A stretch of DNA of 63,105 bases from Eledone cirrhosa. Taxonomy: Eukaryota. The position numbers were made by a program, and so were the translations under genes. The notes beneath the pieces were generated by a model. The model saw nothing but the letters and a program-made list of their open reading frames with translations. It made no database searches and was not told the origin of the DNA. Location of the stretch: positions 1 through 63,105 of the forward strand of contig CAXHJY010001709.1 of assembly GCA_964016885.1 (NCBI GenBank), written 5' to 3'. Below, one piece after another: positions 50,443-63,105 of this stretch. Each line of letters opens with the position of its first letter. Position 1 is the stretch's first letter.

Positions 50443-52859
50443 ACAGTAAGGTGGAGGGGTCAATTAAGGCCAAAAAGCAGGCTTGGAAAGTATGGCGGAA
50501 TGGGGGAAGTAGAGAAGACTATCAAGTGGCCAGGAGGGAAGCTAGGAGACAAGTGTACTTAGCAAGAAGGGAAGCTGAGGAAAGAAAGTTCAAGCATGTT
50601 CTACAACGCGAGGACCAAAAACGTGAGGTGTTCAGGATTGCTAGGCAATGCGTCAAGGAAAACCGTGATATTGTCGGGGAGAAGTGTGTGCTTAACGATG
50701 ATGGCATACTTGCCATCACCGACGCTGATAAGAAGGTAGCTTGGAAGTGTCACTATGAAAGGCTACTAAATGAGGAGAATAAATGGGAGAAAGACAGTCT
50801 CCCTCATATCGACCCAATAGAGGGACCAGCAGTGTTAGTCGAGGGGAGTATAATAAGTAAGGCAATCAAGGATATGAAGACGGGTAAGGCGGCTAGGCCT
50901 TCAGAAATAGTTGCTGAGATGCTGAAGGCATCTGGCACGGTGGGACACACCATGGTCACCCGCATAGTTAACCAAGTCGTACAGAATGGGGTTGTTCCGA
51001 AGGACTGGCATAGCAGCATCATCGTTAACTGTTATAAGGGTAAAGGAGACGCCCTAGATAGAAGTAACTATAGAGGCATTAATTTAATCGACCAGGTCAT
51101 GAAGGTCACGGAAAAAGTAATAGCGCAAGTAATCAGAGAGAGAATTGACCTAGATGAAATGCAGTTCGGGTTTGTGTCAGGCAAAAGTACCACAGACGCT
51201 CTTTTCATTGTACGACAACTACAGGAGAAGTACCTAGCTAAAGGTAAACCCCTCTACTTAGCTTTTGTCGACTTGGAGAAAGCCTTCGACAGAGTCCCCC
51301 CGCTCCATTATCTGGTGGGCTCTTAAAAAACTAGGCGTTGACGAATGGCTTGTGAGAGCTATACAAGCCATGTATAAAGAAACAGTCAGCAAGGTTAGAA
51401 TTAACAACCAATATAGTGAAGAGTTTAGCGTAAAAGTTGGCGTCCATCAGGGCTCCGTTCTCAGCCCCCTACTATTTATTATTGCCCTTCAGGCTATAAC
51501 AGAGGAGTTCAAGACTGGCTGCCCATGGGAACTCCTATACGCAGACGACCTGACACTCATAGCTGAATCAATGGCCGAGCTAGAGAAGAAATTCCAAACA
51601 TGGAAGCACGGCCTAGAATCAAAAGGACTTAAAATTAACCTGGCTAAGACTAAAGTTCTAGTTTGTAGGAAAGAAAATAAGGCGGCGGTCCCTTCTGGGA
51701 AATGGTCGTGCTCGGTGTGTAGGAAAGTCGTAGGTAGAAACTCCATTTTATGTCCTAAATGCAAAGTATGGGTGCATAAAAGATGTAGTGGGATCACAGG
51801 TAAGCTAACTAAGAACATAGATTTTACATGTGGCCGGTGCTCTGGTGCAATAAGTAGCAGCAAGTGCCCACAAAATACTAGCTCTTTCAATTGCGCAGAA
51901 GGTTCTATAGAAATAGTGGACAGCTTCTGTTACCTGGGTGATAAAATCAGCAGTGGGGGAGGGTGCTCTGAAAGTACAGTAGCTAGAGTCAGAACTGGTT
52001 GGAAAAAGTTCAGGGAGCTTATACCACTATTAGCTGCTAAAGGGTTCTCCCTAAAAATGAAAGGCAGGTTGTACGATGCCTGCATACGAACAGCAATGTT
52101 GCATGGCAGTGAGACCTGGGCATTGTGTGCAGAGGATATACGCAGACTAGAGAGGAACGAAGCTTGCATGCTCCGCTGGATGTGTAACAGTAATATACGT
52201 GAACGGCAAAGCATAAACGAACTAAAGAAAAAATTAGAAATAAGAGGGATCAGATGTTGTTTACTCGAGAGAAGGCTACGTTGGTATGGACACGTGATGC
52301 GCATGAAAGTCGATAGCTGTATAACAAAGTGCAGGGCAATAAAGATAGACGGTAGCCACGGAATAGGCAGACCTAGAAAAACCTGGGACGAGCTGATAAA
52401 CTCCGACCTCACACACTTACACCTCTCCAAGACAATGTCACTGGACCGAGACCTTTGGCGGTACTCAGTAACAGAGAAGACCCGCCTTACCTACTACAGC
52501 CAGTAGGCATCTCTAACAAAATACCCCCCCGTCCCACCACCACCACCCCGTTCTATGTAAAGTTATGTTGGTGCCACACCATCCAGGCCGAAACAAATGA
52601 GATCGTGTAGGTGTCACGACAAAAAAAAAACACACAGTCCACGCTGTAATGTGGCCGTGTAGGCAACACGGTAAAAACCTCCCAGACCCACACTGTAAAT
52701 GTGGTTGGTGTTAGGAAGGGCATCCAACTGTAGAAAACCTGCCAGACAGTCCTATGCGAGCAAGACAATCACTCTTGCCTCAAGTGGGACTACCCCCGTC
52801 CAAACCCATGCAAGCGTGGAACACGGACGTTAAATGTTGATGATGATGATGATGATGAT
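50443..52859 (+). mobile_element. RTE LINE family B, 5'-truncated, one +1 frameshift near 51296-51301
   Basis: RT motifs across ORFs ending 51326 and 52506; C6 versus C5 run relative to the 59346 copy; (GAT)n tail. Confidence 0.95.
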
Positions 52860-53363
52860 ATACATATATATATACATATATATATATACATATATATATA
52901 TATACATATATATATACATATATATACACATATATAAATACATATATATATATATATACATATATAAATACATATATAAATACATATATATATATACATA
53001 TACATATATACATATACATATATATACACATATATATACACATATAAATACATATATATATATATATACATATATAAATACATATATATATATACATATA
53101 CATATATACATATACATATATACATATATACATATATATATACATATATACATATATATATACATATATATACATATATATATACATATATATATACATA
53201 TATATATACATATATATACATATACATATATATATACATATATATACATATATATACATATACATATATATATATACATATACATATATATATATACATA
53301 TACATATATATATATACATATACATATATATATACATATATATACATATACACATACATATAC

Positions 53364-53394
<31 letters not shown>

Positions 53395-53589
53395 CATATA
53401 TATACATATATATATACATATATACATATATATATACATACATATATATATACATATATATATATATACATATATACATATATACATATATATATACATA
53501 CATATATATATACATATATACATATATACATATATATATACATACATACATATATACATATATATATACATATATACATATATATACAT

Positions 53590-55009
53590 ATCATCATCAT
53601 CATCATCAGGTTTAGCGTCCGTGTTCCACGCTTGCATGGGTTTGGACGGGGGTTTTCCCACTTGAGGCAAGGGTGGTTGTCTTGCTCGCATAGGACTGTC
53701 TGGCGGGTTTTCTACAGTCGGATGCCCTTCCTAACACCAACCACATTTACAGTGTGGGGCTGGGAGGTTTTTACCGTGTTGCCTACACGGCCACATTTAC
53801 AGCGTGGACTGTGTGTTTTTTTGTCGTGACACCTACACGATCTCATTTGTTTCGGCCTGAATGTTGTTGTACCAACATAACTTTACATTGAAAGGGGCGG
53901 TGTGGATGGGGTGGAGGTGGTGGGACGGAGGGGTGTTTTGATAGAGATGCCTACTGACTGTAGTAGGTTTTTACTTTGTATTTAGGTAAGCCGGGTCTTC
54001 TCTATTACTGAGTACCGCCAAAGGTCTCGGTCCAGTGACATTGTCTTGGAGAGGTGTAAGCGTGTGAGGTCGGAAATTATCAGCTCGTCCCATGTTTTTC
54101 TGGGTCTGCCTACTCCGTGGCTACCGTCTATCTTTATTGCCCTGCACTTTGTTATACAGCTGTCGTCTTTCATGCGCATCACGTGACCGTACCAACGTAG
54201 CCTTCTCTTGAGTAAACAACATCTGATCCCTCTTATTTCTAATTTTTTCCTTAGTTCGTTTATGCTTTGCCGTTCACGTATATTACTATTGCACATCCAG
54301 CGGAGCATGCAAGCTTCGTTCCTCTCTAGTCTGCGTATATCCTCTGCACACAATGCCCAGGTCTCACTGCCATGCAGCATTGCTGTTCGTATGCAGGCAT
54401 CGTATAACCTGCCTTTCATTTTTAGGGAGAACCCTCTAGCGGCTAATAGTGGTATAAGCTCTCAGTTCTGACTCTAGCTACTGTACTTTCAGAGTACCCT
54501 CCCCCACTGCTGATTTTGTCACCCAGGTAACAGAAGCTGTCCACTATTTCTATAGAGCCCTCTGCGCAGTTGAAAGAGCTAGTATATTGTGGGCACTTGC
54601 TGCTACTTATTGCACCAGAGCACCGGCCACATGTGAAATCTATGTTCTTAGTTAGCTTACCTGTGATCCCACTACATCTTTTATGCACCCATACTTTGCA
54701 TTTAGGACATAAAATGGAGTTTCTACCTACGCCTTTCCTACACACCGAGCACGACCATTTCCCAGAAGGGATCGCCGCCTCGTTTTCTTTCCTACAAACT
54801 AGAACTTTGGTCTTAGCCAGGTTAATTTTAAGGCCTTCTGATTCTAGGCCGTGCTTCCAAGTTTGGAATTTCTTCTCTAGCTCGGCTATTGATTCAGCTA
54901 TGAGTGTTAGGTCGTCTGCGTATAGGAGTTCCCATGGGCAGCCGGTCTTGAACTCCTCTGTTATAGCCTGAAGGGCAATAATAAATAGTAGGGGGCTGAG
55001 AACAGAGCC
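53590..55009 (-). mobile_element. RTE LINE family B, 5'-truncated, 16-bp deletion near 54464
   Basis: ORFs 54443-55009 and 53982-54419; (ATC)n tail at 53590. Confidence 0.95.
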
Positions 55010-57034
55010 ATATACATATATATATATACATATACATATATATACATATACATATATATATATATACATATACATATACATACAGATACATACATATATA
55101 TATACATATATACATATATATATAGATACATATAAATATACATATATATATATACATATATATATAGATACATATATATATACATATATATATAGATACA
55201 TATAAATATACATATATATATATACATGTATATAGATACATATAAATATACATATATATATATACATATATATAGATACATATAAATATACATATATATA
55301 TATACATATATATAGATACATATAAATATACATATATATATATACATATATATAGATACATATAAATATACATATATATAGATACATATAAATATACATA
55401 TATATATATACATATATATAGATACATATATATATATACATATATATATAACACATATATGCCCTAGAAACGATCGTTAAATAGTGAACTTTTTTTGTTT
55501 AATATAAGGAATTGTTTGTTCATTATTTGTTTAATATTTTATATATACATATATATAGATACATATAAATATACATATATATATATACATATATATAGAT
55601 ACATATACATATATATACATATATATATATACATACATATACATATACATACATATATATATATACACATAAATATACATATATATACATATATATATAT
55701 ACATACATATACATATACATACATATATATATATACACATAAATATACATATATATACATATATATATATATACATATAAATATACATATATATACATAT
55801 ATATATATACATATAAATATACATATATATACATATATATATATATACATACATATATATATATACATATATATATATACATATATATATATACATACAT
55901 ATATATATATACATACATATACATATATACATATATATATATACATACATATATATATATACATACATATACATACATATACATATACATACATATATAT
56001 ATACACATATACATATATATATACATATATATATACACATATACATATACATATATATATATACATATATATATACATATATATATACATATACATATAT
56101 ATACATATACACATACATATATATATACATATACATATATATATACATATATATATACATATACATATATATACACATATACATACATATATATATACAT
56201 ATATACATATACAAATACATATATACATATACATATATATACATACATATATATATACAGATACATATATATATATACATATATATACAGATATATATAT
56301 ATACATATATCCATACATATATATATATATATATATACAGATATATATATATACATATATCCATACATATATATATATATACATACATATACATATATAT
56401 ATATATACATACATATATATATATATACATACATATACATATATATATATATACATATACATTTATATATAGATATATATACATATATATATACATACAT
56501 ATATACATACATATATATATACATACATATATATATACATACATATACATATATATACATATATATATACATACATATATACATACATATATACATACAT
56601 ATATACATACATATATATATACATACATATACATATATATACATATATATATACATATATATATATACATATATATACATATATATACATATATATATAT
56701 ATACATATATATATACATATATATATACATATATATACATATATATACATATATATACATATATATATATATACATATATATACATATATATATATATAC
56801 ATATATATATACAAATATATATATACATATATATATACATATATATATACATATACATATATATACATATATATATACATATATATATACATATATATAT
56901 ACATATATATATATACATATATATATACATATATATATATACATATATATACATATATATACATATATATATACATATATATATATACATATATATACAT
57001 ATATATATACATATATATATATACATATATATAC

Positions 57035-57067
<33 letters not shown>

Positions 57068-57068
57068 C

Positions 57069-57133
<65 letters not shown>

Positions 57134-57282
57134 CATATATATACATATATATATATACATATATATATATACATATATATACATATATATACATACATAT
57201 ATATACATATATATACATATATATATACATATATATATATACATATATATACATATATATATACATATATATATATACGTAC

Positions 57283-57313
<31 letters not shown>

Positions 57314-57438
57314 CGTATACGTACATATATATATATATATACATATATATACTATACGTATACATACATATATATACATATATATATACATATATATATA
57401 CATTTATATATACATATATATATACAATTTATATATAC

Positions 57439-57469
<31 letters not shown>

Positions 57470-58556
57470 CATATATATACATATATATATATATACATAT
57501 ATATATACACATATATATATACATATATACAAATATATATATATACACATATATATATATATACACATATATATATATATACATATATATAGATACATAT
57601 ACATATATATACATATATATATATACATACATATACATATACATACATATATATATATACACATAAATATACATATATATACATATATATATATATATAC
57701 ATATAAATATACATATATATACATATATATATATATATACATATAAATATACATATATATACATATATATATATACATATATATATATACACATATATAT
57801 ATATACATACATATATATATATACATACATATACATATACATACATATATATATACACATATATATATACACATATACATATATATACATATATATATAC
57901 ACATATACATATATATATACATATATATATACATATATATATACATATACATATATATACATATATATATACATATACATATATATATACATATACATAT
58001 ATATACATATACACATACATATATATATACATATACATATATATATACATATACATATATATATATATACATATACACATATACATACATATATATATAG
58101 ATATATATATATACATATATATACAGATATATATATATACATATATCCATACATATATATATACTATATACATACATATACATATATATATATATACATA
58201 CATATATACATACATATATATATACATACATATATATATACATACATATACATATATATATATATACATATATATACATATATATATACATACATATATA
58301 CATACAATATATATATACATACATATACATATATATACATATACATACATATACATATATATACATATATATATATACATATATATACATATATATATAT
58401 ATATACATATATATACATATATATATATACATATATATACATATATATATATACATATATATATACATATATATATATACATATATATACATATATATAT
58501 ATACATATATATACATATATATATATACATATATATGTATATATATGTATATATAT

Positions 58557-58705
58557 ATTATTTCTGAAGACGGCGTATATATGTGTTAGGTATGTATATT
58601 TAATCTTGATAATTTGTATAATTTTGTATAATTTTGTACATAGATCTGTTGAATATGCATACCAATTATAACACATATATACCCTAGAAACGATCGTTAA
58701 ATAAT
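58557..58705 (+). ncRNA. Type I hammerhead ribozyme motif with very long stem II
   Basis: AUUAUUU-CUGAAGA-stem II (guauauauguguua/uaacacauauauac, gguauguauauuua/ugaauaugcauacc)-GAAA-C-GAUC-G-UU-AAAUAAU; 7-bp stem I; two mismatches at the base of stem II. Confidence 0.72.
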
Positions 58706-58976
58706 GAACTTTTTTTGTTTAATATAAGGAATTGTTTATTCATTATTTGTTTAATATTTTATATACATATATATATACATATATATATATACATATATAT
58801 ACATATATATATATACATACATATATATATATACATATATATACATATATATACATATATATACACATATATATATATACATATATATACATATATATAC
58901 ATATATATATACATATATATACATATATATACATATATATACATACATATATATACATATATATACATATATATAC

Positions 58977-59025
<49 letters not shown>

Positions 59026-59345
59026 CATATATATACATATATATATACATATATATATATACATATATATACATATATATACATACATATATATACATAT
59101 ATATACATATATATATATACATATATATATATACATATATATACATATATATACATATATATATACATATATATACATACATATATATACATATATATAC
59201 ATATATATATACATATATATATATACATATATATACATATATATATACTTCCCCTACCACCGCAATAATAAACATATATATATATAATAAACATATATAT
59301 ATACATATATATATATACATATATATACATATATACATATATATA

Positions 59346-62300
59346 TACTTCCCCTACCACCGCATTTTCTCTATCGTAATTTCTTAAACAAAACAAATCT
59401 TGTATTTTCGTTTATTGTTAAATTATGCCCAATTTCTTTCTCGATCCTTCTCTCCATCCGAACCCATTCATTCAATCACTTCTATGTCCTAATTTCACAC
59501 TATATCATATTTTCACCATTATATATCATATCTTTTCTCTAAAAATCATACTTCCCCTACCACCGCATTTTCTCTATCGTAATTTCTTAAACAAAACAAA
59601 TCTTGTATTTTCGTTTATTGTTAAATTATGCCCAATTTCTTTCTCGATCCTTCTCTCCATCCGAACCCATTCATTCAATCACTTCTATGTCCTAATTTCA
59701 CACTATATCATATTTTCACCATTATATATCATATCTTTTCTCTAAAAATCATACTTCCCCTACCACCGCATTTTCTCTATCGTAATTTCTTAAACAAAAC
59801 AAATCTTGTATTTTCGTTTATTGTTAAATCATGCCCAAAATACGGCGATCTTATCTTAATCCTTACATTCTCGCTAACAACCCATCATCCCTCCTCCCGC
59901 CCCCACGCACCACCATTATTACGTGGACCAATCATAAGTCAGAGGCCCATACTATCGCTTAACTGGTTGCTTTTCGATATGATGGATGGACTACGGAATT
60001 CTGGAGAGTTGAAGAGAGAAAAATGTGGACGCTCAGCGACAATGCCAAAGATAAAGCCAAATTCACCTCGTGGACGAGAATGCAAGCACTCCTCCTTGTT
60101 TCGGCCCAGGATGGCTAACATAACCCCATCCCCCCCCGCGCCCCACCGCTCCCACCCTCCAAACGCAATCCAAAACTTCAGAGTTGGTACCATGAATGTA
60201 GGCACCTTAAAGGGTCGCTCGAACGAGGTTGTAGAAATGCTTGAACGTAAGGAGGTCGATGTTTGTTGTATTCAAGAGACCAGGTGGAGGGGAGGGTCGG
60301 CTAGATTCATCGTGGGTAAAGAGCGATGCTATAAGCTTTTCTGGGTGGGAAATGACAATGGGTTGGGTGGGGTAGGAATCATGGTAGCAGAAAAGTGGGC
60401 AGATAAGATAATAGACGTAAATAGAGTGAACGACAGAATAATTAAAATAAGACTTGTCCTCAATAAAACTACGGTGACAGTAATATCTGCGTACGCACCC
60501 CAATCCGGACAGCCCCGCGCTATAAAAGACAGATTCTACGAGACACTGATGCTCGCTACCTCCCAAATAACCGACAGTGACTATATAGTTATTGCAGGCG
60601 ACCTAAATGGTCACGTTGGACAACATTGTGACGGCTATGACGGAATCCATGGAGGCTATGGGTTCGGTACTAGAAATGAGGAAGGCTCCAGAATCCTGGA
60701 ATTCTGCGACGCAAATAACTTAACTATCTGTAACACTAACTTCAAAAAACGAGACAATCACTTGATTACCTATAGGTCGGGGGAACACACAAGCCAGGTA
60801 GATTATATCCTTACCAGAAGACGTGACAGAGTGTCTGTTGTTAACACTAAATCCCACCCCCATGAAGAATTCACCTCCCAACATAGACTGATAATTAGCG
60901 ACCTCATAGTCAGGACGAGACGTACTAGACAGCGAAAGAGGACTATCCTCAGGAGAAAAATATGGAAGCTAAAGGACCCCATAGCCAGAAATAAATTTCA
61001 AAGCAAATTACTTGACGCTTTCGACAGTAAGGAAGAGCAATTAGAGTCGTATAATATAGAGGAACAGTGGGAATTCCTGAGAGCAAACCTGCTGACGGCG
61101 GCAGACGAAGTCTGTGGCTGGAGCAGGCCTGTAGGTAGGAGGAGAGTAACATGGTGGTGGAACAGTAAGGTGGAGGAGTCAATTAAGGCCAAAAAGCAGG
61201 CTTGGAAAGTATGGCGGGATGGGGGAAGTAGAGAAGACTATCAAGTGGCCAGGAGGGAAGCTAGGAGACAAGTGTACTTCGCAAGAAGGGAAGCAGAGGA
61301 AAGAAAGTTCAAGCATGTTCTACAACGTGAGGACCAAAAACGTGAGGTGTTCAGGATTGCCAGGCAATGTGTCAAGGAAAACCGTGATATTGTCGGGGAG
61401 AAGTGTGTACTTAACGATGATGGCATACTTGCCATCACCGACGCTGATAAGAAGGTAGCTTGGAAGTGTCACTACGAAAGGCTTCTAAATGAGGAGAACA
61501 AATGGGAGAAAGATAGTCTCCCCCAGATCGATCCAATAGAGGGACCAGCAGTGTTAGTTGAAGGTAGTATAATAAGTAAGGCAATCAAAGATATGAAGAC
61601 GGGTAAGGCGGCTGGGCCTTCGGAAATAGTTGCTGAGATGCTGAAGGCATCTGGTTCGGTGGGACACACCATGGTCACCCGGATAGTTAACCAAGTCGTA
61701 CAGAATGGGTTGTTCCGAAGGAATGGCGTAGCAGCATCATCGTTAACTGCTATAAGGGAAAAGGAGATGCCCTAGATAGGAGTAACTATAGAGGCATTAA
61801 ATTAATCGACCAGGTCATGAAGGTCACGGAAAAAGTAATAGCGCAACTAATCAGAGAGAGAATTGATCTAGATGAAATGCAGTTCGGGTTTGTGTCAGGC
61901 AAAAGTACCACAGACGCTCTTTTCATTGTACGACAACTACAGGAGAAGTACCTAGCTAAAAGTAAACCCCTATACTTAGCTTTTGTCGACTTGGAGAAAG
62001 CCTTCGACAGAGTCCCCCGTTCCATTATCTGGTGGTCTCTTAGAAAACTAGGGTGTTGACGAATGGCTTGTGAGAGCTATACAAGCCATGTATAAAGAAA
62101 CAGTCAGTAAGGTTAGAATTAACAACGAATATAGTGAAGAGTTTAGCGTAAAAGTTGGTGTCCATACTTAGCCCCCTACTATTTATTATTGCCCTTCAGG
62201 CTATAACAGAGGAGTTCAAGACCGGCTGCCCATGGGAACTCCTATACGCAGATGATCTAACGCTCATAGCTGAATCAATGACCGAACTAGAGAAGAAATT

Positions 62301-63105
62301 CCAAACGTGGAAGCACGGCCTAGAATCAAAAGGCCTTAAAATTAACCTGGCTAAGACTAAAGTTCTAGTTTGTAGGAAAGAAAATAAGGCGGCGGTCCCA
62401 TCGGGAAATGGCCATGCTCAGTGTGTAGGAAAGGCGTAGGTAGAAACTCCATTTTATGTCCCAAATGCAAAGTATGGGTGCATAAAAGATGTAGTGGGAT
62501 CACAGGTAAGCTAACTAAGACATAGATTTTACATGTGGCCGGTGCTCTGGTGCAATAAGTAGCAGCAAGTGCCCACAAAATACTAGCTCCTTCAACTGCG
62601 CAGAGGGTTCTATAGAAATAGTGGATAGCTTCCGTTATCTGGGTGACAAAATCAGCAGTGGGGGAGGGTGCTCTGAAAGTACAGTAGCTAGAGTCAGAAC
62701 TGGATGGAAAAAGTTCAGAGAGCTTATACCACTATTAGCCGCTAGAGGGTTCTCCCTAAAAATGAAAGGCAGGTTATACGATGCCTGCATACGAACAGCA
62801 ATGCTGCATGGCAGTGAGACCTGGGCATTGTGTGCAGAGGATATACGCAGACTAGAGAGGAACGAAGCTTGCATGCTCCGCTGGATGTGCAATAGTAATA
62901 TACGTGAACGGCAAAGCATAAACGAACTAAGGAAAAAATTAGAAATAAGAGGGATCAGATGTTGTTTACTCGAGAGAAGGCTACGTTGGTACGGTCACGT
63001 GATGCGCATGAAAGACGACAGCTGTATAACAAAGTGCAGGGCAATAAAGATAGACGGTAGCCACGGGAGTAGGCAGACCAAGAAAACATGGGACGAGCTG
63101 ATAAT
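59346..63105 (+). mobile_element. Apparently 5'-complete RTE LINE family B, running off the window end; several 1-bp indels after ~61705
   Basis: FRVGTMNVGTLKG, CIQETRW, AGDLNGH APE motifs in ORF 59628-61775; RT and PHD segments in shifted frames. Confidence 0.95.
59348..59837 (+). repeat. 203-bp tandem monomers (x2.4) at the 5' end of the RTE family B element
   Basis: cttcccctaccaccgcattttc begins at 59348, 59551 and 59754; a 17-bp seed also at 59248. Confidence 0.93.

Noticed and set aside
60072-60121. Possible HDV-like ribozyme in the family B 5' region (ggacgaga/tttcggcc, caag/cttg, ggctaa)
   Set aside because: P2 would be only 3 bp, P1 has a mismatch and P1.1/P4 are not convincing; cannot be supported without a descriptor search
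61700-62530. Multiple frameshifts suggesting programmed frameshifting
   Set aside because: Single-base indels, mostly in short homopolymers and absent from sister copies; more likely consensus errors or decay

Overview
AT-rich animal genomic DNA. The repeat content (tRNA-derived SINEs, RTE LINEs with (GAT)n tails, huge TA/CA microsatellites) suggests a mollusc, probably an octopus; this is inference only. The left 39 kb holds 13 internal coding exons (4058-38838, minus strand) of an OSBPL9/ORP9 oxysterol-binding protein gene. They have GT-AG junctions and consistent phases and encode the FFAT motif and the EQVSHHPP fingerprint; the first and last exons are not visible. The introns contain SINEs, piggyBac-like MITEs, nested Helitrons and decayed LINEs. 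Two almost identical RTE LINEs with open frames (29818-32974 +, 39196-~42692 -) form a ~3.15 kb inverted repeat around two exons. Both RTE families here carry a C4HC3 PHD-like finger inside the reverse transcriptase. From 42.8 kb onward, strand-polarised (TA/TACA)n arrays host four copies of a second RTE family (one with 203-bp 5' monomers) and three families of hammerhead-ribozyme-bearing, Penelope-like fragments. Two hammerhead folds are complete (47049-47169 -, 58557-58705 +) and two elements have folded back at ribozyme stem II into near-perfect or perfect palindromes. The long Y/I/M/C-rich ORFs are microsatellite artefacts.
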